A DNA stretch of 63,468 bases, filler included, from Octopus bimaculoides (GCF_001194135.2; 7 parts of 7 records of this genome joined end to end with filler, not necessarily neighbours in it); one strand, 5' to 3'. Positions 50,405 to 62,500 are shown, counted from the whole stretch's first letter. Notes: generated by a model from the letters alone, not told the origin. Program-made: numbers and translations.

Positions 50405-50820
50405 TATAATATTTTTGAATTTTAAATAAGTGATATATCTAATAAAAGATAGAAAATTTGATAAAGAAATATTTCAAAATTCAAAATAGAAGGAAGCATT
50501 TTTTATTCGAATTAAGTACAATTAATTTTTAGTCCAAGGGAAACAAAATATAATACTTTAAAGAAAAGAAAAGAAAAGAATTAGGAATGATTATTCATTT
50601 GAAAAATAGACTGAAGAAAACAGAATATTTAGAGAATTTTCTCATAGACTCAATCTTATCTGAAAAACGATATTCGGCACTTCTGTAAAATATGAAGAAT
50701 TTCTTACTTTTCACCAAAAAAAAAAACCAGCGGGAAGAAATAAAATATTTTGATGTAAAATTGAATAGTGAATTCAGGCATAGAGTATGGCAGTATATGT
50801 CTGTCTGTCTGTCTGTATGT

Positions 50821-51250
50821 GAGCGGAGGTGCAATGGCCCAGTGATTAGGGCAGCGGACTCGCAGTCATAGGATCGCGGTTTCGATTCCCAGACCGGGCG
50901 TTGTGAGTGTTTATTGAGCGTAAACACCTAAGGCTCCACGAGGCTCCGGTAGGGGATGGTGGCGAACCCTGTTGTACTCTTTCACCACAACTCTGTCACT
51001 CTTTCTTCCTGTTTCTGTTGTTCCTGTAATTCAAAGGGTCAGCCTTGTCACACTGTGTCACGCTGAATATCCCCGAGAACTACGTTAAGGGTACACGTGT
51101 CTGTGGAGTGCTGAGCCACNNNNNNNNNNCGTTAAGGGTACACGTGTCTGTGGAGTGCTGAGCCACTTGCACGTTAATTTCACGAGCAGGCTGTTCCGTT
51201 GATCGGATCAACTGGAACCCTCGACGTCGTAAGCGACGGAGTGCCAACAA
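50821..51250 (+). mobile_element. SINE family D, full length
   Basis: TGGCCCAGTGA A-box, GGTTTCGATTCCC B-box; 15-bp TSD TGTCTGTCTGTATGT. Confidence 0.9.
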
Positions 51251-51329
51251 TGTCTGTCTGTATGTATGTATGTATGTATGTATGTATGCAACAATGTATG
51301 GATGGATGTATCCATGCAGGTTTTCTGTT

Positions 51330-52070
51330 GTCCTTCTAATTTAGAATCAATTTTGACCGGACATCTGTTTTGCAGCAAGGTTGAGAAGGAAAGCATCTTG
51401 TTTTGTTCATCATCTTTTAAATCATAAAGAAGGTCTTGCAAATTTTTATCGTCCTAGATATCGTGGTTATATATAACGTGTGAATTAAGGAATTGCAGTT
51501 CCTCCTCCAAGAACCGAAGTTCAGTCCTTATCAATGCTCCATATTAGTTCACTTTGTCTTGAATTTTTCTGATTGGAAGGCAACTGATTTCCACAACAGA
51601 GCATATCTTTTCTTGTGCACCCCGACTCACGCAACAATATCTGACCAGTTATGTTTTAACTTGGTGTCTGTTTTAATTTTTAATTTCTTTCAATATTTTT
51701 TTGACTCTCCCAGTCCAAGTATAGTCAACATTATCTGCTGGTACTTTCATTTTTCTTATTCTACTGCAGACTGTTCTGACCACAGCATCAGGCCTCATGT
51801 GAGGATAATATGAAAAAACTCTCTCGTGTTCAGTTTTACTTTTGCACAACTTACATTTGTCTTCTTTGCTGTAGATGCATTGTGGGAAGATCTTACTCCT
51901 GTATTTCATAGAAGTAGCCTTCAAAGTAGATCATAAACTTGTCAGAACTCAAGCTTTTGATACAATTTTTTCCTCTATAGCTTGATTTCTTTGTGCTAAG
52001 TACCCATGCACTATCTTCTCAGTCAACTGGTTCAATTTTTCATTTTGTTGTTGTAAGAAGTAGAATTTAT
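51330..52070 (-). mobile_element. RLE-encoding non-LTR retrotransposon 3' fragment (R4/HERO-like)
   Basis: CKLCK zinc knuckle, IKTDTKLKHN.SDIV (RPDIV-like), VVEISC, terminal TIKICKTFFMI*. Confidence 0.7.
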
Positions 52071-52569
52071 TATTATGTCAATTCTTTTAACGTGCCTCTC
52101 CCCAAGTTCATTAGCTACCCTCAAGGGCCCGGGAACAGGGGGTGCAGCGGGTGCACTTGCACCCCCTAGAATTTTCAGGGGGTGCAAGATCAAAATTTGC
52201 ACCCCCTACATAATCTTACCAGTTTCAGAAAAAAAGTGTCTAAAATCTATCGGTATAAAATGTTTATTTCGATCTCGTTTCAAAACAAAGAAAAAATAAA
52301 TAAATAAATAAAAGTGATGAAGCTGGCATACAATTCCCTAGGGAGTTTAGGACCACTAGTTTCTGAAGGAAAGTAGCGTCAAAATACAAAAAAAATAAGT
52401 GACAATAACAACAGTAGCAGCAACAATAACAACAACAAAACCAGCATGTATAGTTAATTTTGNNNNNNNNNNNNNNNNNNNNNNNNNNNNNNNNNNNNNN
52501 NNNNNNTTAATTAATTAANNNNNNNNNNNNNNNNNNNNNNNNNNNNNNNNNNNNNNNNNNNNAAAGAAA

Positions 52570-52860
52570 AAAGGTAATGTAAAAGGAGAAAGGGCTCTAT
52601 ACCCCTTTCTTATTTTTTCTGACCAGGCTCCCGCGGTTTTATGGGTTTTTCCACGTGTAACCTTTCCTTTTTCGAAGCGCCTCCCCCTTTGGGAGTTCTA
52701 CTTATTTATTTATCTATTTATTTATTATATCTTTCTCCGTTTTCTTCCTCTGTTTAGATGAACTTTCCTACCTTTGCGGACAAAACCTTTTGTAACTTTC
52801 GTCCTGTCTTTGTCCTTATATGTCTTTAATTGATATTAGCCCTTGTGGCCAATAAAACGA
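52570..52860 (+). mobile_element. LINE-like 3' UTR and tail
   Basis: Pyrimidine-rich UTR ending TTAGCCCTTGTGGCCAATAAAACGAA. Confidence 0.55.
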
Positions 52861-52879
52861 ATTAATTATTATTATTATT

Positions 52880-53915
52880 ATTCAAGCCACTGCCTGGAAT
52901 CGAACTCAGAATCTTGGAGTTAGTAGCCCGCGCTCTTGATCACTACGCCATATGCGCACGGGCAATTCTGGAGGGAATTTTAGGGCTTATAAATCTAATA
53001 TTTTCCTATCTTTCCTTGATACCGGTTCCCATATCTGCACTAGGTCTGCTCAGGAGGTTATTATGCCCTAGCATATATGCTGCCTTTTTTAGTTTTCGTA
53101 TTTTCCAGTGGTGTTCTCTGTCTATTATTTTAACTTCATCCAACAGGGGGAGGTGGTATCCGTTTTTCCGTACATGATCAGCTATACCCAATTCATCAAT
53201 ATCTCCTCGTGTCACAGCTTTGCGATGTTCCTCTACCCTTATTATGAGGGGGTGACATGTTTCGCCTTTGCATAATCTACCACAGCTGCATAGGATGGAG
53301 TACACGCAGTCTTTGGTCATATTCTCTTCTATTGGTGGTTTTACTCGAAGGAGATATTTGTGAAGTGTTGTATTACTCTTGAATACTGTTCTGATGTCAT
53401 ATGGGCCGCATATCTTTTGTATCTTTTCGGAGAGGCCTTTCACACTGTGGTCAGTTTATGAGTTTCATCCTCTCTTCTCTTCATAATTGGAGTGGATAGC
53501 ATGTTTTTTGGGTAGTTGTTGCTTAATAGATTGTTACTTAGCTTGATCATTTCTTCGTGGTGTGTATCAGGATCGCTACTTTATTCCTTGCTCGATGTTT
53601 TAGGCACTGAGCAATCCTTCTCTTTACACTGTATGGATGTTAGGAATTGAAGTTGAGGTATCGTAAAGTAAAGGCCAGCATGCGGTATGCGGATGTCCTG
53701 AATCCATACTTGGTACGTGTTATTAATACGTCCAGGAATACTACTGATTGTCTTTTTCCTTTTCCATTATGAACTGTATGGATGGCTTTATTGAGTTCAC
53801 TTGATCTAACAGTACTTGGACATCTTCCTGGTGGGGCCAGAGTATAAAGGTGTCATCAATATATTGCAGCCAAAGGGTTGGTTTTAGTGGTGTTGATCCT
53901 AAAGCCAAATTCTCA
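52880..53915 (-). mobile_element. Penelope-like retroelement (Poseidon/Penelope-like), 5'-truncated
   Basis: RT WLQYIDDTFILW and FLDVLITRT; GIY-YIG CVYSILCSCGRLCKGET..RVEEH..IADH (ORF 53006-53443); 3' pLTR start with tRNA-like boxes at 52896-52950. Confidence 0.92.
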
Positions 53916-53928
53916 AAGTATTCTATGT

Positions 53929-54157
53929 ATATGGCGTAGTGGTTAAAAGCACGGTCAACTAACACCAAGATTCCGAGCACGATTCCAGGCAGTGACCTGA
54001 ATAATGACAACAACAACAACAACAATAATAATAATAACAATATTGGAAAAATACCTTAGGAATGAGGACACCGGTTCGAAATTCCCCTAGGACACCTGAT
54101 GAAAGCTGGAGTACATCAGCCGAAACATTGTGTTAACAACAAACAAGATGAGGACAA
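53929..54157 (+). mobile_element. Inverted pseudo-LTR of the PLE: tRNA-like A/B boxes, (AAC/AAT)n, hammerhead
   Basis: 53929-54030 mirrors 52860-52953; A-box TGGCGTAGTGG at 53932-42; CTGATGA at 54096. Confidence 0.85.
54091..54134 (+). ncRNA. Minimal type I hammerhead ribozyme, decayed copy
   Basis: GACAC-CTGATGA-AA-GCTG-GAGTACAT-CAGC-C-GAAA-CAT-T-GTGTT; stem I GACAC/GTGTT; stem III reads ACAT where palindromic ACGT is expected. Confidence 0.7.
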
Positions 54158-55140
54158 ATATCCGTCAAATGTAAATAATTTACATAATTCCTCATCTCTC
54201 AAATATAGAACTGTATAGACAAGGAAATTGGAAGCCTGGTAAAAGGCTGCAGAGGATTGCACTGGCAGCGAATCTACCTACTACAAAATGTGAACCTTGG
54301 CTAGTAGAGAAAATACCATGACCCCGATTGCATATCGATTTTGCAGGCCCGATAAATGGATATTATTACATAATAGTAGCAGAAAGCTAGACAAAATAGC
54401 CTGAAGTCACGCGGTGTAAACGACCAACCTCATATACGGTAATACATTTCTTACACAGGCTGTTCGCAAGATTTGGTATACCGGATATAATTGTCTCTGA
54501 TAATGGAGCACAGTTTGTATCCTGTGAGTTTAAAAGATTCTATGAGATTTTCACGTTAGAACATAAAACTTCAGCACCATATCACCCTAGATCGAATGGA
54601 AGGGCCGACGGTTCGTGGACACTTTTAAGAGAACTTTAAAGAAAGCTAATAAGGAAGCCACGGACGAGGTCGTGATCCGACAAGTTTTAAGGGTATACAG
54701 AGTAACTCCGAATCCAATTCCGCCAGAAGGAAGTTCACCAGCACAATTAATGTTTGCCGGAAAGGTGAAGTCAGTATTCGATAAACTGTTACCAGTGAAG
54801 ATAAAATACGTGCTAGTAATGACATGCCCAAATTCTTTAGAATAAGTGATAAAGTATATGTAGGAATGTACAAAAATGGCAAGCAGTACTGGGAAGGAGA
54901 AATTGTAACATACATAGGAAGAATGATGTATGGCGTAAGAAGCAGAAATGGAATGGAAAAGAGACAGAAATCAGATTAAGGAAAGAGTCATAGAAAAGGA
55001 ACCAACAAGAGTAGAAATACCGATGGATTGGCTTTAAGACACTTTTCAGGTTCCAACACCTTTACAAGAAGTCGAAACCACAAGTGCAAAGAAAAGGAGG
55101 AACACTGAATTCCTAAAAGTAGACCCTACGTAGAAAAGAT
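54158..55140 (+). mobile_element. Gypsy LTR retrotransposon integrase relic
   Basis: RLHIDFAGP, FARFGIPDIIVSDNGAQF, TSAPYHPRSNG, YRVTPN, SPAQLMF. Confidence 0.92.
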
Positions 55141-55171
55141 ATTGAGTATATATATATAAAAAAGGGAGGAG

Positions 55172-55694
55172 GTAGGATGAATAAAAGAAATTGATTGTTA
55201 ATAAAATAATTAAAAGGTGAGATGTATAGTGAAACTGTACACTCCTACCAGTGAAAAGTGGTAGTAGCTAGCCATCAGAAATAGACCAGTAGCCAGTCGA
55301 CAAGAGAAAGGCCGGAAGGTCGAGAGTACGTGTAGACTGTGTTGATAGTCATGTCTGTGCTGACATTATAATTATACTGTGATACTGAGTGGTTGTTATA
55401 ACGATCCAACCTATTGAGGATAATAGCACTGTACGACTGGGGTTCGTACAGTGCCAGGTAAGATCATTCTATCGACGAGTTCGGAATATAGCAATACCTG
55501 TCAGAGCGACAACCGTCGTCAAAGATAGATACAACAGTGGCAAAAGACTGTTTACAGTAAGATCTTTATGTATACTGCAAGCAAAACATTAATTGAATAG
55601 ATCCTCATTAGTCGAGAGGATCAAGTGAAAAGTTCGTCGTGTTTTAACTATTAAGTTACTACAGTCTAAAACGAGAAAGCTTTTCAATATAACA
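55172..55694 (+). mobile_element. Probable 3' LTR of the Gypsy element
   Basis: Polypurine tract AAAAAGGGAGGAGG just upstream; ends AATATAACA; 5' TG is eroded. Confidence 0.6.
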
Positions 55695-55721
55695 TTAATT
55701 TTGATGTGAATTCTCTATATT

Positions 55722-56105
55722 GTGTGGTAAAAAGTTTGCTTCGCAAACACATGGTTCTGGGTTCACTCCCATTGCTTGGTACCTTGGGCAAGTATCTTCA
55801 ACTATAGTCTCGGAACAACTAAACTCTTGTAAGTGGATTTGGTAGAGGGATACTTAAAGAAGCACATCGTGTATGTATGTATGTATGTATCTATCTATCT
55901 ATATATATCTCTCTCTCTCTATATATATATGTGTGTTTGTGTGTATGTGTGTGTTTGTCTGTGTATGTCCCTCCATCGTCGCTTGACAACCGGTGTTAGT
56001 GTGTTTACGTCCTCGTAACCTAGCTGTTCGGCAAAAGAGACCGATAGAATAAGTACTAGGCTTTAAAACAATAAGTTCGAGATTCGATTTGTTCGACTAA
56101 AACAA
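55722..56105 (+). mobile_element. SINE family B, near full length
   Basis: Colinear with 41621-42030, including the internal microsatellite. Confidence 0.88.
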
Positions 56106-56119
56106 AAGACAAAAGATTA

Positions 56120-56154
<35 letters not shown>

Positions 56155-56849
56155 NNNNNNNNNNNNNNNNNNNNNNNNNNNNNNNNNNNNNNNNNNNNNN
56201 NNNNNNNNNNNNNNNNNNNNNNNNNNNNNNNNNNNNNNNNNNNNNNNNNNNNNNNNNNNNNNNNNNNNNNNNNNNNNNNNNNNNNNNNNNNNNNNNNNNN
56301 NNNNNNNNNNNNNNNNNNNNNNNNNNNNNNNNNNNNNNNNNNNNNNNNNNNNNNNNNNNNNNNNNNNNNNNNNNNNNNNNNNNNNNNNNNNNNNNNNNNN
56401 NNNNNNNNNNNNNNNNNNNNNNNNNNNNNNNNNNNNNNNNNNNNNNNNNNNNNNNNNNNNNNNNNNNNNNNNNNNNNNNNNNNNNNNNNNNNNNNNNNNN
56501 NNNNNNNNNNNNNNNNNNNNNNNNNNNNNNNNNNNNNNNNNNNNNNNNNNNNNNNNNNNNNNNNNNNNNNNNNNNNNNNNNNNNNNNNNNNNNNNNNNNN
56601 NNNNNNNNNNNNNNNNNNNNNNNNNNNNNNNNNNNNNNNNNNNNNNNNNNNNNNNNNNNNNNNNNNNNNNNNNNNNNNNNNNNNNNNNNNNNNNNNNNNN
56701 NNNNNNNNNNNNNNNNNNNNNNNNNNNNNNNNNNNNNNNNNNNNNNNNNNNNNNNNNNNNNNNNNNNNNNNNNNNNNNNNNNNNNNNNNNNNNNNNNNNN
56801 NNNNNNNNNNNNNNNNNNNNNNNNNNNNNNNNNNNNNNNNNNNNNNNGT

Positions 56850-57194
56850 GCCTCTGATTAAAATTTTCGAAAAACAAACCCAGCCACATTACTTGGAAAA
56901 AAATAATCTTTATTGAGCTGGTTTTTCGTAAAATTTCGCGCATGGGAAAGGCAACAAAAACGCCCCTCCCCACTTTGAATGGGATATTCCTATCTTAAAA
57001 ATTAATAATCGATTATCTCGGTAACCATGGGAGTTGGAGGGCAATTAAAATCTCCTGAACATGAGCGGACCATGCTGCCGCTCTGTGCTGAATTTCACGC
57101 GATTCCACTGCACCGTTCTCGAGTGAATCTGCCGACACTCAATCAATCAATCAATCAAGCAAGCAATCAAGAACACTGCAATTTATAGTATAGA
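56850..57194 (+). mobile_element. DINE-1/HINE-like element 3' part, inserted in the Tc1 C-terminus
   Basis: AATTTCACGCGATT..CGTTCTCGAG, (CAAT)n, ends TTTATAGTATAGAT, directly abutting the HTK codons of the Tc1. Confidence 0.55.
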
Positions 57195-58390
57195 TTTGGT
57201 GTGACTGTTATTGCTTTCAATGACTGCATCAAGTCTTCTGGGCATAGAGTTGACTAAATTTCCGCATATAACCGATGAAATAGACGTCCAATCATCTTGA
57301 ATGATGTCTTTCAACTGTGTTACATTGCGAGGTTTTTTTCTCCTCAACCTTCTTTTTTAAAACACCCCACAGATGTTCTATTGGGTTTAAATCAGGTGAC
57401 ATGGTGGGCGAAGGCAATACCTTTACTTTTTTTTTTATCTTAGTCGTCATCTTTGAAGTGTATTTAGAGTCATTATCATGCTGGAACGTGAAACGACTTT
57501 CTAGTTCCTTGATGCTTTTCAATATTGTTTTCTGCAATACATCACAATAAAGCCTTGAATCCATTGTTCTCTCAATAAATGTGAGTCGTCCTACGCCAAC
57601 CACACTCATGCATCCCTAATGCATGATACTTCCGCCGCCGTGGTTCACGGTAGGCACGGTGCATTTGTCGCTATTATCTTCACCTGGTCTTCGCCATACA
57701 CGTTTAATACCATATGACCCAAACAAGTTGATTATAGTCTCGTCAGAAAAAAGAATTTTATTCCAAAACTTCTTTCTCTTACTCACGTAGGTTTCGGCAA
57801 AAGAAACACGACTTGATTTATGCCTGGTAGTTAGGAGAGGCTTCCTACGAGGAATACATCCATGAAGACCACACTAGTTCAAACTTCAGCGAACTGTTTG
57901 CGCGGATACACTCCACTAACAGAAGACACTTCTTGGGCCAAAGATAAAGCAGTACGACACCTGTCGTCCATCACGCAACATTGGATGTGGCGAATATCAC
58001 ACGCAGTTAAAATAGACCTGAAGGATGTATATTGCTTAGCCGTCCAGTAGCTTTTACTTTTGAATTACTTTGGCAATTGTGTTTACGCTAATATCTATTC
58101 GTTTGCTAATTAACTTGTATCCTAAACCATTCTTGTACAAATTAAAGATAATTCTTTTCAAATCTTCAGACGATTCTTTTCCTTTTGGTGCCATTTTAAT
58201 CAAAATGAAGAAGATTTTCACCACGGTACACGAAGCAGAATTCCTGCAGATGCAATAACAACGACCGGCGCAAAAATTCCAGATATATTTGAAATTATCA
58301 GCAATATCTGAATTAAGTTAAAAAAAAAAAGTGGATAAAATACTGAATATAGCAAATTTCCTTTAGGGTGTACATATTTTTGTAATGTTT
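57195..58390 (-). mobile_element. Tc1 (DD34E) transposase pseudogene
   Basis: ATG at 58194 (MAPKGKE); RRKPLL, ILFSDE, FQHDND, SPDLNPIEHLW, SMPRRLDAVI..HTK. Confidence 0.95.
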
Positions 58391-59070
58391 GACAATGAAT
58401 ATTTCATTCATATCTTTGTAAATGTTTATTGCCTTGTGTTCCAAATTTGTATAATGTTTACATGCATAATATATTTTATTCAGTATAAATTTCGTTTCCT
58501 TTCCTTCGATATTATCGTGAGTATTACGTTCCCAAACCTCGCGTGATAGGTGAAAATCCGCGAAGTAGAAACAGCACTGTACAGTATATGTTTTTATTAT
58601 TTTTATAATTTGTATATATTTATTTTATTGTAAACGCAAAACAAAACCACACACTTGCTTCCTGAATTTCCGTATGTGCGATTCTTTGCTTTACTCATCT
58701 ACGGTACACTACTTACTTTCTTTTAATATATTTTACTTAATGTGTTATACAGTGCAGTACGGAACTTTTATTTATTAATTTATTAATTTTTATGCGTGAA
58801 AATGCTTATTTTACCACAGAAATAATTAAAATCTAAAAGAATACAAATACCCATCGGCTGCNNNNNNNNNNNNNNNNNNNNNNNNNNNNNNNNNNNNNNN
58901 NNNNNNNNNNNNNNNNNNNNNNNNNNNNNNNNNNNNNNNNNNNNNNNNNNNNNNNNNNNNNNNNNNNNNNNNNNNNNNNNNNNNNNNNNNNNNNNNNNNN
59001 NNNNNNNNNNNNNNNNNNNNNNNNNNNNNNNNNNNNNNNNNNNNNNNNNNNNNNNNNNNNNNNNNNNNNN

Positions 59071-59102
<32 letters not shown>

Positions 59103-59249
59103 TAGGTAGATATGTATATGTTGATATGTATATGTATAGATATGTATATGTGTTTGTATGGCTGATTGAACAGATCTTCTCTCACAGTCTCTATGTACGA
59201 TCCTTTTCTTTCTTTCTTTCTTTCTTTCTTTCTCTCTCTNNNNNNNNNN

Positions 59250-59289
<40 letters not shown>

Positions 59290-59603
59290 TCTTGTTAATT
59301 ACACTTTACTGTACATAGGCTTCCCCTTTTAGCCGATGTTTCCATAAATATATACACACATTCCCTTACACACAAACACACACGCGCAGATACACTCACA
59401 TTTGTGTATAGCCATGCATTGCCGTAGAGAAAAAAAGGAAGGAAAAAATATCTTCTCTACGGGAAATATGGCTTCTGATATTTGAAATATAAATACACAT
59501 ATACTTATATACATGTGTATACATAATGTCAGCTTCGTAATGTGAGCCAAAGAGATTAAGTCAATGCCTACGTATCTATTACTAGGCATTAAGCATATAT
59601 TGA

Positions 59604-59607
59604 CACA

Positions 59608-59673
<66 letters not shown>
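59604..59673. repeat. (TCTA)n microsatellite
   Basis: Direct sequence. Confidence 0.95.
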
Positions 59674-59775
59674 NNNNNNNNNNNNNNNNNNNNNNNNNNN
59701 NNNNNNNNNNNNNNNNNTTAATTAATTAANNNNNNNNNNNNNNNNNNNNNNNNNNNNNNNNNNNNNNNNNNNNGA

Positions 59776-60206
59776 GCCATATTTACCAAAATTACATAAA
59801 AACATTTTGAAATACTAAAGAGTAAATTTATGCAATAAAATCGCCATTGGCTTCAACCACGGCCTCCAGACCACTTCGGAATCTCCTGTAACTCTTCTGG
59901 ATGGTCTCCTTGTTTAAGTTGGTGAATGCTGCCATAATCCTTGCCTGCAGTTCATCTTTGGTGTTACAAGGACATTTGTTGGTCTCTCGTTCAACTGTGC
60001 CCCACACATAATAATCAAGGGGGTTGCAGTCTGGGGAGTTAGGCGGCCAGATGTTAGGGGTGATGTGGTTGCAGTGCTGTTTTTTTCTCACATACAGTGC
60101 CCAACTGACCCTACTATACTGTGTAGTTGACAAAATCAAAAACAAACAATGCACATGTGCAAAATTAAAAACATAAAAATGGCGACAATTTACCCATCGC
60201 GCCCTG
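59776..60206 (-). mobile_element. Internally deleted maT/DD37D-like element
   Basis: TIR CAGGGCGCGATGGG with TA at 60207; WPPNSPDCNPLDYYVWG..LEAVVEANGDFIA*. Confidence 0.88.
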
Positions 60207-60279
60207 TATATATAGGTGTACACACTCACACATATCACAAACATATATAGATAAATATACATCTATATAAAGATGCTTA

Positions 60280-60425
60280 CCGTAAATCCTCGAGTATAGT
60301 CCGCAGGGGATTTTTAGGGGGCTCTACCTCTGAAAAACCTAAACTTTGTGTATAATACGCACTCCTTCTCTAACTTGAGTCAAGGAGGTCTATATAACGT
60401 CCTTGGTTTGTAAACATATATACGG
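60280..60425. mobile_element. Tigger/pogo-like MITE
   Basis: TA-CCGTA..TACGG-TA termini. Confidence 0.6.
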
Positions 60426-60435
60426 TAACGTCCTT

Positions 60436-61165
60436 GGGCATTGCGAGCCAATTGAATGGGGTACCACGGTCACCAGATTTAACTGCCATGGACCTTTTCT
60501 TCTGGGGTTACATTAAATCCCTTGTGTATTCTGAAAAGATTCGTGACCAAGGACATCTTCTTCAAAGAATTGTTGAAACATGTGAACAAGTCGACAGCAA
60601 TGAAGAATTATTTGAGAGGGTTCATTGCAATTTCAAATTCCATATGAACACTTGTTTAGAGTTGCATGACCAACACTTTGAACATTTGTTATGGATTACC
60701 TACTCCATTGTGGAGGTGCAATGGCCCAGTGGTTAGGGCAGCGGACTCGCGGTCGGAGGATCACGGTTTCGATTCCCAGACCGGGCGTTGTGAGTGTTTA
60801 TTGAGCGAAAACACCTAAAGCTCCACGAGGCTCCGGCAGGGGATGGTGGCAAACCCTGCTGTACTCTTTCACCACAACTTTCTCTCACTCTTACTTCCTG
60901 TTTCTGTTGTGCCTGTAATTCAAAGGGGTCAGCCTTGTCACACTCTGTGTCACGCTGAATATCCCCCGAGAACTACGTTAAGGGTACACGTGTCTGTGGA
61001 GTGCTCAGCCACTTGCACGTTAATTTCACGAGCAGGCTGTTCCGTTGATCGGATCAACTGGAACCTTCGATGTTGTAAGTGACGGAGTGCCAACAACAAA
61101 CCTACTCCATTGCTAATAAAGCATACTTAATATCTCACATGGTGTGTGACTTTGTGGCCAGCCTG
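60436..61165 (+). mobile_element. Tc1/mariner DDxD-type 3' fragment interrupted by a SINE
   Basis: PRSPDLTAMDLFFWGYIKSLVY..HFEHLL; ends GACTTTGTGGCCAGCCTG-TA. Confidence 0.8.
60711..61099 (+). mobile_element. SINE family D, full length
   Basis: 13-bp TSD ACCTACTCCATTG at 60698-60710 and 61100-61112. Confidence 0.93.
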
Positions 61166-61669
61166 TACAATTATCAGGTCATATAAACACAAGGAGATAC
61201 AATCACTCTCTCTCTCTTTCTCTCGCTATCACACACACATGCACTCTTGCAAGTTTTTGATCAGCCCAAGGCTACTGTAGAAAACACTTGCCCAAGGTAT
61301 TGCAAGTCTGGGGCTAAAATGGAAATCACGGGGTTTCCACAAAGTGAAATACTCAACCACACATGGATAGAGATAAATAGACAGACATATAGATAGGTTA
61401 CAGAGATAGAAATAAACATAAAGAGAGACAAACAGGTAGATAGACAGAAATAGACAGACAGATACGTAAACAGAGAGAGAGAGAAAGAGAGACAGACAGA
61501 CAGAAAGGTAGATAGATAGAAGGACAGACAGGCAGATAGATAGATAAAGATAGGTAGTCAGGTAGACAGACAGATACGTAAACAGAGAGAGAGAGAGATA
61601 CAGACAGAAAGGTAGATAGACAAAAATAGAGATAGAGATAGACAGACAGAGATAGAGTGAGATATCATC

Positions 61670-61890
61670 CTAGATACCCTATGTCTGAATAAAAGACAGG
61701 ATGGTCAAAGCTGGAACATCTTAGACCATAGGTTTGCTAGATCAAGACTGACCTGTGGCTAAACGACAAGGAAGGACACATTAAATAATGTAGTCCTAGA
61801 TGTGCTATGTCTGAAATAAAAGATACAGTGAACATAATCGGAACATTTGTAGCCAGGTCTGTTATATGTCTTGTCCTGGACGCTAAAGAA
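61670..61890 (+). repeat. Two tandem copies of a short dispersed repeat (related pieces at about 14345 and 10670-10880, inverted at about 15180)
   Basis: CCTAGAT..CTATGTCTGAA(A)TAAAAGA..GACCTG.GGCTAAAC motif. Confidence 0.6.
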
Positions 61891-62369
61891 ATAACGCACG
61901 AGTGAAAAACAGTAACAGCAATTGAAACAAGAGAAAACTTTATAATAGCAAAAAATATATATAAATATATTTACATTTATTAAATAATTTAGTTTCTCTT
62001 TTTTAATTAATATCTTTTTTTTAAAAAGAGAATCTTAATTTTTTTTTGTTTGTTTTGTTTTTGTAAATAAAAAGTTTTCAGTTTTTATAGTGAGTTCTAT
62101 CAGCAACATTAGTGGTGGTGGTGGTCACCGAAAGCTGTCCTAAGCCCCGTATGCTCCGGCTGTTGGCCAAAAGGGTCTGCTGCTGTCGTTGCTTGAAAAA
62201 TTTCACCACATCGGGGGACCGNNNNNNNNNNNNNNNNNNNNNNNNNNNNNNNNNNNNNNNNNNNNTTAATTAATTAANNNNNNNNNNNNNNNNNNNNNNN
62301 NNNNNNNNNNNNNNNNNNNNNCATACGTATAATATATATACACACATATAAATATGTATATGTGTATGC

Positions 62370-62500
62370 GCACGTGCGCATGTCTGTGTTTGTTCTCACC
62401 ACCGCTTGACAGCCAGTGTGTTTACTGGTGTGCATGCTGGCGTGCTTACGTCCCCGTAACTTAGCGGTTCGGCAAAATAGACTGATAGAATAATTCACTA
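62370..62500 (+). mobile_element. SINE family B tail
   Basis: CGCTTGACA..TTACGTCCCCGTAACTTAGCGGTTCGGCAAAA. Confidence 0.8.

Noticed and set aside
51088-51167. About 36-bp duplication inside SINE-D
   Set aside because: It flanks a 10-N gap, consistent with an unmerged contig overlap
52896-52953. tRNA-like sequences as true tRNA genes (also all SINE heads)
   Set aside because: No acceptor stem or complete cloverleaf, and they are embedded in repeats
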